A stretch of 63,633 nt of DNA, counting the filler, from Octopus bimaculoides (taxonomy: Eukaryota): NCBI RefSeq assembly GCF_001194135.2. It is 7 parts of 7 records of this genome, joined end to end, with 100 filler letters (N's around TTAATTAATTAA, not from the genome) between each part and the next. Parts side by side here need not be neighbours in the genome. Positions count along the whole stretch, not along the records: positions 35,172 to 47,682 come from NC_068999.1; positions 47,783 to 54,858 come from NC_068984.1; 5 more parts are not named here. One strand, written 5' to 3'. Made by a program: the position numbers and the translations under genes. Every line of letters starts with the position of its first letter. Position 1 is the first letter of the stretch. Below are positions 38,670 to 50,310 of the stretch, in pieces. Below the pieces are notes generated by a model. The model worked only from the letters and a program-made list of their open reading frames with translations. It had not been told where the DNA came from and ran no database searches.

Positions 38670-39775
38670 TTATGTTTGACTTTTGTTTTGCATTTGTACA
38701 AGTTGGATCCAAGTCTCACCCAGAGACCTCAAGAGACAACAAGTTAGAAGTTCATGTAGGTGTTATGCCTAGGGTACCATATATTTGGATTTCTACAGTT
38801 TTGTTCTAGTGAATGTTTAAGAAACCATAAGAAAATTATGTTTGTTTNNNNNNNNNNNNNNNNNNNNNNNNNNNNNNNNNNNNNNNNNNNNNNNNNNNNN
38901 NNNNNNNNNNNNNNNNNNNNNNNNNNNNNNNNNNNNNNNNNNNNNNNNNNNNNNNNNNNNNNNNNNNNNNNNNNNNNNNNNNNNNNNNNNNNNNNNNNNN
39001 NNNNNNNNNNNNNNNNNNNNNNNNNNNNNNNNNNNNNNNNNNNNNNNNNNNNNNNNNNNNNNNNNNNNNNNNNNNNNNNNNNNNNNNNNNNNNNNNNNNN
39101 NNNNNNNNNNNNNNNNNNNNNNNNNNNNNNNNNNNNNNNNNNNNNNNNNNNNNNNNNNNNNNNNNNNNNNNNNNNNNNNNNNNNNNNNNNNNNNNNNNNN
39201 NNNNNNNNNNNNNNNNNNNNNNNNNNNNNNNNNNNNNNNNNNNNNNNNNNNNNNNNNNNNNNNNNNNNNNNNNNNNNNNNNNNNNNNNNNNNNNNNNNNN
39301 NNNNNNNNNNNNNNNNNNNNNNNNNNNNNNNNNNNNNNNNNNNNNNNNNNNNNNNNNNNNNNNNNNNNNNNNNNNNNNNNNNNNNNNNNNNNNNNNNNNN
39401 NNNNNNNNNNNNNNNNNNNNNNNNNNNNNNNNNNNNNNNNNNNNNNNNNNNNNNNNNNNNNNNNNNNNNNNNNNNNNNNNNNNNNNNNNNNNTATATTGT
39501 GCAGCTCTATCATGCTGTTGAGATACTCTGTAGGCGCAAGTAGACTGCACATGGAGACAACATGATCGATGGTCTCATTTTGTTGTTGGCATATACGACA
39601 TAATGGGGAGCTGCCGTTCTTTAATATGTTGGCCTGGTAGTTCTTTGTAGGTAGGCATTGATCTTGGGCTGCTATGATAAACCCCTCTGTTTCTGATTTC
39701 AAGCCAGAGGCCATTAGCCATTAATGGGTAAGGGCTTTGTCAATATCTGCATTATTCGCTCTCTTTTCTCTTTGT
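38670..39775 (-). mobile_element. R4/Dong-type 3' fragment (subfamily B), with gap
   Basis: MASGLKSETEGFIIAAQDQCLPTKNY..CRICQQQNETIDHVVSMC; 3'UTR matches 46055-46240; (AAT)n on both sides. Confidence 0.88.
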
Positions 39776-39781
39776 CTCTTA

Positions 39782-39839
<58 letters not shown>

Positions 39840-42800
39840 TTCATACACACTCAATAGATTAGAATGTTGGAAAAGAAAAGTATCCCAACAACAAGTAACC
39901 TTAGATGTCAAGGCCCCTCCTATTGGGCTATAGCAAGTAACATTAGATGCCAAAACCCATCTTAAGTATCCTAGCTGTCCCTAATAAAACTGGTTTTTGG
40001 AGCTGTACTAAAATGGGTTTTATTCCTATTTCCTCTATCCATCTGTTCAGATTTTTAGGGATAGTTCTCAATACACCTATAACTAATGTGATACATTTTA
40101 CCTGTACTTGCCATTGCCTCTGTAATTCAGTAGCTAGGTCCTGGTACTTTATTATTTTTTCTATACCTTTCATAATAATTTGTTGATCATTTGGGACAGC
40201 AATGTCAATTATCTGGCACTTTTTATTCTCTTTATCTACTACTACCAAATCAGACCTTCTAGATGATATTATTGTGTCAGTCTGAATGTTAAAATTCCTC
40301 AACATCTTGTATTTGTTACTTACTGGTAGTTTACTAGGTTCATGTTCGTTCTATTTATCAGTATATTCAAATTCTAGTTTTCTACATAGCTCCCAGGGCA
40401 TTGCTCTCCCAAGGCTGTCATGCTTTTTCTTGTATTCTTTCTGTGCCAGTATGCTACATTCACTTACTATATCAGTAAAGCTTTCCTCTTTTGATTTGCA
40501 TAATCTACATTTGGAATCTACTTGGTTTTCGTCTCTCTTGGCTTTTATCCAATTAATTCTTAATGCTTGATCTTGTGCAGCTACTAACAAACTTTCTCTC
40601 TCCCTCTTCAGCTTTCCTTTCTGCAACCATAACCATGTCTCACTACTGCTATTTGCTGCAACTACCTTTGGGAATCTACCATGCAACGCTTTCTCCTACC
40701 AGTCAGATAATTTCTGTTCTTTTTTCTGGTTTTTAACTTCGTTTGGCTGTAACTCAAGCTGCTTTCAATAATCGTTCTTCATTATTACCTACATATCCAC
40801 TCTAGCTATATCCACTCTAGCTATATCCACTCTAGCTATATCCACTCTAGCTATATCCACTCTAGCTATATCCACTCTAGCTATATCCACTCTAGCTATA
40901 TCCACTCTAGCTATATCCACTCTAGCTATATCCACTCTAGCTATATCCACTCTAGCTATATCCACTCTAGCTATATCCACTCTAGCTATATCCACTCTAG
41001 CTAACATGGGATATATCCACTCTAGCTAACACCACGCAGTCTTCTACTGATACTAACCCTCTTCCACCTCCCTTTCTAGGCAGGTATAATCTTGTTACTC
41101 CTGCACTTGGGTGGAGTCCTCCATTCATATTGAATTCCTTCCTAGTTCTGTCTAGATTTGCTAATTCAGTTTTTACCCAATCTACAAAGACTGCCGAATA
41201 TATAAGTAATGATATTGCCCAAGTATTTACCACCTTCACTATATTCAGACCATTTAGCTTTGACTTCATTATCTTCCTTACCCTTCTGATGTACTCCTTC
41301 TCAATTTTTGTTTTCATTTCTATAGTTAGTACTCTGTCAGATTCTAATACTCCTCGATACTTATAGTTCTCTCCTCCTTTCAATGATTTTAATGTTTGGC
41401 CATCTGGTAATCGGATGCCTTCGTTGTTGACTGCCTGTCTCCTTCTCATGACTAATATTGCACACTTATCTATACCAAAATCCTATATGTTTGCTGAAGA
41501 GTCCTTTAACCTGTATTAAGGAATCTGTCTCTTTTTCATTCTTACTAGAATGTAGAGAAAACGGTTAATTTTTCTTTAATATTTCTGAGCTGATACCCTG
41601 CCTTTGCCTTCCTGAAGGAGATCAAACATAAGTCAAATATTAAAGGGGACAACGAGTCCCCACCCCTAGAAAATTCCTCTCTAGATAGTGTGTCACCTGA
41701 GTAGAGATCTACTTTCCATTTCTTAATGCTACAGCAAATTAATTCTCTTATGTTTTCTGCTATACTGAATATACTCAAACATTCACTTATCCATGAGTGT
41801 GGGATCATGTCGTAGGCTTTCTTATAATCTATCCATGCTATTGTTAGCTTTTTCTTTCTATCTTTTACTCCATTTCGAACTGCATTGTCTATATATAATA
41901 GATCATGCGTTCCTCTACCCTTCTTCCAGCAACATTTTTATTCGTCTGGTAGTAAATTCTGTCTGTCAAGATGCCCGTAAATGCTTTCTGAAAGCATTTC
42001 CATTAACAGCTTCCATACTAATAGTAAGTAAGTGATTGGTTTATAGTTTCTAGCTATATTGCCCGTGCTCTTATCTTTCATCAAGAGTATTGTCCTCCTC
42101 TAGTCATCCGATCTGGTATTATTCTTCCATCAAGGCAATCCTGAAGTTGTTCGTTCAGCATCCCATGTAAACTACTGAATCACAGTATCCTTGAACTAAA
42201 TCTGGCCCTGGGCCCTTCCAGTTCGGCATTAATGCACTAGTTAATCTTAGATCTGGCTGATTCTCACTAACTACTTCTTCCCAAACTTTCTTTAGCCACA
42301 CTGCATCTCCATTATGATTGACTGGCTTATCCCAAATATTATTCCAGAAATTTCTAGCTTCTTCTGTATTAGATTTCTCATATTCAGCACTTCGTTCTCC
42401 ACTGTTTATTTGGATAAAAAAAAGCCCTCTGGTCTGTCTCAGATCATCTATTTTGTTGATACTCATCTATTCTTTTCTGATAAATGGAGAGTTTGCTGCT
42501 GCTGCTGCTATGACACGCTGTTTCAACTCTTCTATTACTGTCCCAAATACTTTTTCCTTCACTACGTTTGTTTTTTGTTTCGAGAGAAGATTTGCATCTT
42601 GTGTTTCCTAACTCATTTATTTCCCAGGCTTCTATTCTAGTAAGATCCTATCTTAAAGTCTTCACTTTATTTTCTAGTCTCCTTTTCCACATTTGCTCTT
42701 TTTTTAATCTTTCCTTGTGAGATATCTAATTTTCTGGTGGCTACTACCCCTCCTGCATAGATCAATAAGTTAGTGTCTCCTATATTTTTAGTACCTATTC

Positions 42801-43560
42801 CACTGATAACAGAATCTACTTCCTTAGTAATTTCTAGCAGCTTCCTTCTGTTGATACCTTTTAATGCCGGCAATCTTTTCCTTACTTCTTTACTCATTAC
42901 TTCCTGCAACTCATCTAAAGAAATCTTCTGATCTTCTTCACTTAAGTCGCTGGTCCCTTCCTTATCGGTAGCACTATTATTATTTTTTCCTTTAGGTTTT
43001 TCTTTGGTTTTAGCTGTATATCTTATGTTGTTTGTCTTTCCCACTGCCTGATCTTTCTTTTCTGGTTCTCTTGTGATCTCTTCTACCTCCAATTCTGTCA
43101 TCCACTTTCTTCTACGAATAATATTAGCTTGATCAGCTAATCTCTGCTCAGTCACTTTAAACGTACTCTTATCTACCCAAAATGTTAACATCCGTTTTTT
43201 ATAGCTCTTTCTTTTAGGTTCATTTTCGAAGTAGCACTGCATCACTTTCCTGTTTTCTTTACTGGTTCACATCCTACTCCTTGCTCTATTATCTGCTGAA
43301 GCCGTGTTAGGATAACAGCTGTGGTCAGTCTGCATCTGTACTGAACCACTGCCGAGCGGGAGGCCTTCCCTTAAAAGTCGAGCTTCATTTTCGCTGTTAC
43401 AACCAGAGTTCTTCAGAAATTCCTGTCTCTCATACACTGAGGTATGGTAACGTTCGTTACCATCATTACCACTATTATTATTTTGATATCTGATAGTTTC
43501 AAGCAACTTTCTATTGCATCATTTGTTGCACCTCTGTCCTGTTTGGACTTATATTTTTAT
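39840..43560 (-). mobile_element. Near full-length, decayed R4/Dong-type element (subfamily A)
   Basis: MQCYFENEPKRKSYKKRM..TEQRLADQA; GPGPDLVQGY; MIPHSWI; GDSLSP; RLYLPRKGGGRGL; LVAAQDQAL; CRLCKSKEESFTDIVSEC; RRSDLVVVDKENKKCQIIDIAVP. (AAT)n tail 39781-39838. Confidence 0.9.
40793..41002. repeat. Perfect 15-bp tandem array, 14 copies of ATATCCACTCTAGCT
   Basis: Counted directly; one more copy at 41013-41027. Confidence 0.95.
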
Positions 43561-43564
43561 TCCG

Positions 43565-45220
43565 TCTAGAGGCTATAATAGGCGGATGAGAAAATATCTG
43601 TTTCAAACGCAGATATTTTTCGTCACATGCTGGTAATTTTCATGCAACACTTTTGAAATGCCAGAGAAATTGCGGTGCCAGTTAATCACTAAGGGAATTC
43701 TCTCATCTATTTTATTGTGTTTGCTAAAATTATGCGTGGAGGTTTGACTATCTTTGCTAATCTTCGCTATTTCATTTGCTATTTTATTTAGTCGTGATTC
43801 ACTGTAACCGTGTTTCACATAATGATGTACAGAAGCATTTGCGTGTTTCCAGCAATCCCCTATGTCAGTACAAATCCGTTTTATCCTCAAAAATTGAAAT
43901 TTCGTATTTCACCGAATAATATGATGTGGAGGATCGGATCGGTGGTGGAGATAAATGTGGGATGACGTGGGCTTGCAAAATAACTCTGTCACTATTCTGC
44001 CCCCAGAAAACTTAACTTTTGTGTCCAAAAATTCAACGCTAGGTTTTGAAAAGCTAGACGTAAATTTTATGTTGGACTTAAAGCCATAGTTTTTAACGTA
44101 ACAGTCACAGAAATGCTAGAAGTCCATTAAACTATCCTGTGATCCTTTCCATACAAAAATTCGTCATCAATGAACCGTAACCAAAGTATTGGTTTATGAC
44201 CATGAAGGGGTTTGAATGTTTTCAGTAGCCGTATCTCGCATTTCGTCATGAAGACATTAGCGAAATTAACTGCCATGGGAGTACCATGGCGCAACCCCTC
44301 GTCTGGTGGTAAAATCTTTGTCCAAATTTCATTGTGCTACTTTGTAACACAAATCTCAATAATCAACAGAGAAAATTTGATGGAATGCTTTTGTTTGACC
44401 GCTTTACAAAGGCATCCATGCATGCTTCTACCTATCGTGGTCAATAATGGGGTATAAAGAAGAAACATCCATGGTTACCAAAGAAAAAACAGTTTTCAGT
44501 GCTTAAAAAATTTGTTGATTTTAGACACAAAATCAAAAGTATCCCGAATATAGGAATTTGATGTTTTTGCGACAGGCTTTCTTTAATACCTGTGTGACAA
44601 AATTCAAGAAATTCCAGTAGTGTTTATAAACGTCCATCTCTAAATTTATCTGGATACCAACTGGGATTCTTTTCAATCCAATTATGCCAGATTCGATCAT
44701 CATTTTTATTTTCAGTAAGCATAGGATTTTCTGACTCCTCGTTACCAGTTTTTACAAAAGCATATTCCTTCAGCTTGTGACGGCGAACAAACTGAAATAA
44801 CCCTTGAGCTAGTTTATTCTTGTCGAAATTCTTAGTGCTTGGGCAGAAGCTCAGTCCAAGCTCCATGACTGAGACATCGTTGAGCGAAATTTTAGTTTAG
44901 ATAAATTTATGATCGACTTATTCTCTAGTGTGATGGATCTTCTCGGGCAAGTGTTCTTAAGAGTTTTACTCTCATTAGATTCCTGACTACTTTTTGGGCT
45001 TTGCTCGAAATCTTCACTTAAACATGGAACCTATGGCTGATAAAATTTGTTCTGAATGTTCATGTGAGAAGTTATAATTTTTAGTCGTCTTTCTAGGAGT
45101 AATCCATTTCTGGGTGGGTGATAGAAAGTGAGTGACTTCTGTAGTTTTTGTAGACATTTGAAAAACCTTTACTTTATTGTTTACGAGGCAAAATCTTAAA
45201 TGTGCTCGCATTTTCACTAA
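43565..45220 (-). pseudogene. Penelope-like RT remnant (Neptune-type), GIY-YIG missing
   Basis: LGLSFCPSTKNFDK..FVRRHKLKEY; SYIRDTFDF; HGTPMAVNFANVFM; SVEFLDTKV; FLRIKRICTD; IPLVINWH. Confidence 0.88.
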
Positions 45221-45254
45221 TCAAATAAAGATTTTGCCTCGGAAACAATATCAG

Positions 45255-46030
45255 TAAGAGTATCTAAGGCATACAGTTTCCAATGTAACACTTTCTCTAC
45301 CTGGTCGTGTAACCACAACTTTTAGTATTTTGGGGGCATGTCTAGGGCATTCGTTCGTGATATGGGCAATAGTTTCATTGCAGACACACAGCGGATACAC
45401 TGCCAGTATAGTGCTCTCGGTTTCTTTTTTTAGGGTTCCTTTCATCAGCCAATCCCACCTATTTTTTCCAGCAACCTCTGTTGTGGCTACGTGGCATTGA
45501 TTGTGTAGTCCCTTCATGCATTATTCTTCTTCATATCCTTTTTGTACTTCTTTCTTTGTTTTCCCCTTTTTCTCTGCAGTCAACACTCCCTCGTTCCTAA
45601 ATTTCACTAGCAAGGTTTCCTTACTTTGCGCTAGGTATCTCATTAAGTTCTCGATTTCTATACGCACGCAGTCTTCCACACTTATCGGTTCCCTTCCTCA
45701 ATTTGCTCTCTTCATGTATAAGCGATCAGTGTCTGCATCGTTTAGAGTTTTCTTGACTTCCTGTCCATCTCCTTTTGCTCCTCCTCTGTCCACTTCAGGA
45801 TTCCAGCGCCATACCGAACTACTGCGACTGCGCGCGAGTTTATTGCCGAAATTATGTTTCTGGCATTCAGCTTTGAAACTAATATTTTTTTCTCACTAGC
45901 CGCAGATACTCTCTTTTTGTATTTTCCTTCATGTGGTATTTGACACCATCTGCCTCAAGTATTCCCAGGTATTTATAGCTGGATTGAGGTTGAATTGCCT
46001 TCATCATTTCACCATCATCCTCCTAACCAT
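45255..46030 (-). mobile_element. R4/Dong-type fragment (subfamily D)
   Basis: YKYLGILEADG; SKLNARNIISAINSRAVAVVRYGAGILKW; LKKETESTILA; CNETIAHITNEC. Confidence 0.82.
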
Positions 46031-46054
46031 CGTTATTATTATTATTATTATTAT

Positions 46055-47315
46055 TTGCTTAACGTTTGCTTTGTATTTGTACAAGTTGGCTCCAAGTCTC
46101 ACCCGCAGACCTCAAGAGACAACAAGTTAGAAGTTCATGCTGGTTTTATGCCTAGGGTGACATACACTTGGTTCTGTACATAGTATTGTTCTAGAGAATG
46201 CTTAAGAAAACGTAAGAAAATTATGAGTTTGTTTTAAAATTTGAGATTACATTGACAGTATTTTACATAGGATATGGGCAATTCCAATGAGCACTACCTT
46301 TTGAATTTCTGCCATTTTGGNNNNNNNNNNATTACATTGACAGTATTTTACATAGGATATGGGCAATTCCAATGAGCACTACCTTTTGAATTTCTGCCAT
46401 TTTGGGGTTTCCTGGTATCTGAGCTAGGTAGTAATCATCCCCTTTTGCTATCATTACTAGGGCACCTATGACAACTGGTATTGTTTTAGTCTTCAGGTTC
46501 CAGATTTTGCCAATTTCTATTTCAAGATCTTTATACTTGCTCAGTTTTTGGTAGATCTTGACATACATTCATATCGATTGAGAGTGAGATGTGATCATGT
46601 TGTAGCACTGAAGGTGGTTTGTGCTCCCACCAGTTTTTATCATGGCGTAGGTGCAGATTTTTACAAGTTACACAGTGAATATGTTGTGCAGCTCTATCAT
46701 GCCTGCTGAGATACTCTGTAGTCACAAGAAGACTGCACATGGAGTCAACATGATCAATGGTTTCATTTTGTTGTTGACATACACATGTTGTGTTGCTGCC
46801 GTTCTTTAATATGTTGGCCTGGTAGTTCCTTGTAGGCAGGCATTGATCTTGGGCTGCTATGATAAACCCTTCTCTTTCTGATTTTAAGCTAGAAGCCATT
46901 AACCATTGATGGGTAAGGGCTTTGTTAACATCGGCATTATTAGCTCTCTTTGGGTATTTGCCATTAACAGGTTTTTCTTGCCATTTATCAGTAAGATTAT
47001 CTTAGGCAGCAGTTTTAGTACGGGTTTGCATACGCTTAGCTTTCTCTGTGCTTGTTTCTAGTACGTCTAACTCTGGAATTTGTTGTATTTGGAATTCATT
47101 TAGATGTTCCTTTGCATGTTTTGTTACTGAGTATGAAGCTCTCTTATTTTCATGTTTTGAGACAAGTTTTAACATCCAGTCATCAGAGTTTTTCAGGTAG
47201 GTTTCTACGCCAATTGTGGCAATCTTCATTGTTAATTCCAGTTGTAAAAGCCTCCCTCTTTTCTTGCCTCCCTCTTTTCTTGCCAGATACAATCGTTCTA
47301 TATCTGCCTTAAGGT
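46055..47315 (-). mobile_element. R4/Dong-type 3' fragment (subfamily B)
   Basis: ADIERLYLARKEGG; LKSEREGFIIAAQDQCLPTRNY; ETIDHVDSMC; RHDRAAQ; KLSKYKDLEIEIGKIW. (AAT)n tail 46033-46054. Confidence 0.88.
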
Positions 47316-47334
47316 GATTATTATTATTATTGTT

Positions 47335-47682
47335 CAGTAGTTCTATTTTTATAACGTGCTTTCACTTCACTACCGAGCGCAGCTCTGTGTGCCTTGGGTA
47401 TGTGCAGTGGTTTGCTGTGGTGCTCTTATGGTTACTGTATTGAAAGTGTTTTGCGTAGGATGTGTGCAGTGCCCAGTAGTGCAAATTTCTGTGTTATATA
47501 TATTTGTAAGTCCTGGTGTTTTTGTCATGTATTTGTCTGAATATTTTTTTATTATACCTAAGGCTCCTACTATGATAGGAATTGTTTCTGCTTTTAGATT
47601 CCACATTCGAGTTACCTCTATTTCCAGGTCTTTGTATTTTGAAAGTTTTTCCATTTCTTTTAGAGAAACGTTGTCATCTGCT
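47335..47682 (-). mobile_element. R4/Dong-type 3' end (subfamily C), cut by scaffold end
   Basis: MEKLSKYKDLEIEVTRMWNLKAETIPIIVGALG; closely matches 35210-35570. Confidence 0.88.
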
Positions 47683-47782
47683 NNNNNNNNNNNNNNNNNN
47701 NNNNNNNNNNNNNNNNNNNNNNNNNNTTAATTAATTAANNNNNNNNNNNNNNNNNNNNNNNNNNNNNNNNNNNNNNNNNNNN
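47683..47782. other. Artificial scaffold linker
   Basis: 44N-TTAATTAATTAA-44N. Confidence 0.95.
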
Positions 47783-47823
<41 letters not shown>

Positions 47824-48200
47824 CACACACACACGCAGACACAGAGGCACTCCGTTGGCTACAACAATGAGGGTTCAAGTTGATCTGATCAACAAAACAG
47901 CCTGCTCGTGAAATTAACGTGCAAGTGGCTGAGCACTCCACAAACATGCGAAACCTTAATGCGAGATTGAGCGTGACACAGGATGTCACAAGGCTGGCCC
48001 TTTATGTCGCTTTATTAATGTCGAAGTAAGTGTACATATATATTGAATATTCTGCTGGTTAATAAGTTATGTTCCTCTAGTTTTCCGCTCGTATTGCCTC
48101 CACTCAAATTATAAATTGGAACTTAGATCAATTTGAGCACTTCGATTCTAGCCTGTCTACGCGTATTGTTAATTAATAACAATATCTATAAAATAGTATA

Positions 48201-48231
<31 letters not shown>

Positions 48232-48457
48232 AGTTTATGTATATATTAATATTATCTCAGTTTTAAAAAGCTTTTCACAATGTAAATATGTTAATAGNNN
48301 NNNNNNNNNNNNNNNNNNNNNNNTAGCAAAAATTACACAAAGAACCAAGATATCACACCCGTTTATAGGTAGAGATACCAAGTTGAAGTGATGCATTTTG
48401 AGAAGATATGAATAATAACAATAAATGGAGCAAAACGCATATCAATAAAAGTTCCTT

Positions 48458-48550
48458 TAATTTCTACACATGTTTCAAAATATATGTGAGCTCTCCTTCA
48501 AAGAGGTAAGAGCTGCTGGAATTCCACATATATTCATCTTCAGGGAATCA
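48458..48550 (-). ncRNA. Type I hammerhead ribozyme motif, left arm
   Basis: Mirror copy with one stem I mismatch (GAAATTA instead of GGAATTA). Confidence 0.7.
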
Positions 48551-48670
48551 ACATATAAAAGCAAGACAAATGCGAAATGATGAGGTAGCTTACGAGCTAA
48601 GATGTTACATGGCCAACATCTTAGCTCGTAAGTTACCTCATCATTTCGCATTTGTCTTGTTTTTATATGT

Positions 48671-48763
48671 TGATTCCCTGAAGATGAATATATGTGGAAT
48701 TCCAGCAGCTCTTACTTCTTTGAAGGAGGGCTCACATATGTTTTGAAACATGTGTAGGAATTA
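48671..48763 (+). ncRNA. Type I hammerhead ribozyme motif, right arm
   Basis: Stem I TGATTCC/GGAATTA; CTGAAGA 48678-84; long helix II; GAAAC 48745-49; GTA 48754-56. Confidence 0.8.
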
Positions 48764-49011
48764 AAGGAACTTTTATTTATATGCGTTTTGCTCCATTTAT
48801 TGTTATTATTCATATATATATATATATANNNNNNNNNNNNNNNNNNNNNNNNNNNNNNNNNNNNNNNNNNNNNNNNNNNNNNNNNNNNNNNNNNNNNNNN
48901 NNNNNNNNNNNNNNNNNNNNNNNNNNNNNNNNNNNNNNNNNNNNNNNNNNNNNNNNNNNNNNNNNNNNNNNNNNNNNNNNNNNNNNNNNNNNNNNNNNNN
49001 NNNNNNATAAA

Positions 49012-49410
49012 CGCAGGCGTATAATATGTGGTAAGAAACTTGTTTCCTAACCACTGCGTGGAACCTTGAGCAAGTGTCTTCTACCATAGCCTCGAGCGAA
49101 CCAAAGCCTTGTGAGTGGGCTTGGTAGACGGAGACTGAAAGAAGCCCGTCGTTTATATATGTATATATATAATTATATATATATGTGCGTCTTTGTGTGT
49201 GTCTTTGTGCCCCCAACCATCACTTGACAACCGTTGTAGGTGTGTTTACGTCCCCGTTATCTAGCGGTTCGACAAAAATGACCGATAGAATGAGTACCAG
49301 GCTTACAAAGAATAAGTCCTGGGGTCGATTTCTTCGATTAAAAGGCGGTGCTCCAGCATGGTCGCAGTCAAATGACTGAAACAAATAAATGAAAGAATAA
49401 AAGAAAGAAT
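49012..49410 (+). mobile_element. SINE family A
   Basis: Near-full-length copy. Confidence 0.85.
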
Positions 49411-49417
49411 ATATATT

Positions 49418-49464
<47 letters not shown>

Positions 49465-49887
49465 ACAATATAATTGACTGTGGAATACGTTCCATGAGGT
49501 ACTCCTGTGTGACTGCGTACACGTTACTTATTCGGTCGGTACTTGTGAATGTGGAGGGACAAATAACTGGAGAGACAAATCCATATTTACTTTAATAAGT
49601 ACGTATGAGTCCATAAACATTGTTAATACAGGTTCGCTATCCCCTACTTGCTATGTAAATATCTTGATTTTATCGGATTCGGAAAATTTTGTTTTACATA
49701 ACAGACAGATATATAAAGAGATAGATAGATCCGTAAGCTAATAAAAGTGATTAAGTTATTGCTGTTCTTTTGTCATTCATTTATTTACGCTCTGTACTGA
49801 CCTACTAATTCAAGCAAATAGTGTGTGTGTGTGTGTGTGTGTGTGTTTGGATATATGTATGCATAATATATATATACATATACATAG

Positions 49888-50037
49888 TAGGAGTGGCTGT
49901 GTGGTAGGAAACTTGCTTCCCAACCACATGGTTCAGGGTTCGGTCCCACTGCGTGGCACCTTTGGCAAGTATCTTCTGCTTGTCTCGAGTCAACCAAAGC
50001 CTTGTGAGTGGATTTAGTGAGTGGATTTGAAAGCCCG

Positions 50038-50074
<37 letters not shown>

Positions 50075-50310
50075 TGTGCGTATTTCTATGTGTGTGTGTC
50101 TGTGTCTGCGTTTGTACCACAATCACTGCTTGACAACCAGTGTTGGTGCGTTTACTTCCCCGTAACTGAGCGGTTCGACAAGAAAACGATAGAATAAATA
50201 CTAGGCTTTAAAAAAATAAGTTCTGGGGTCGATTTGCTCCACTATAAAACTCTCCAAAGCGGTATTGCAGCATGGCGGCAGTCAAATGTCCGAAACAAGT
50301 AGAAAGAATA
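49888..50310 (+). mobile_element. SINE family A with internal (TG)n
   Basis: ggagtggctgtgtggtaggaaac ... ggttcggtcccactgcgtggcacc. Confidence 0.85.

Larger units (their letters stand above)
48406..48815. repeat. 410-bp palindrome (201-bp arms, 8-nt spacer, 7 mismatches, no indels); inverted PLE-type terminal repeats
   Basis: Aligned base by base: position i pairs with 97221-i. Confidence 0.97.

Noticed and set aside
40793-41002. Possible CRISPR-like array or repeat protein (ARVDI)14
   Set aside because: No spacers, eukaryotic context, and the unit derives from the dead R4 ORF.
46246-46405. Perfect 75-bp direct repeat (46246-46320 and 46331-46405)
   Set aside because: The copies flank a 10-N gap; unmerged contig overlap.
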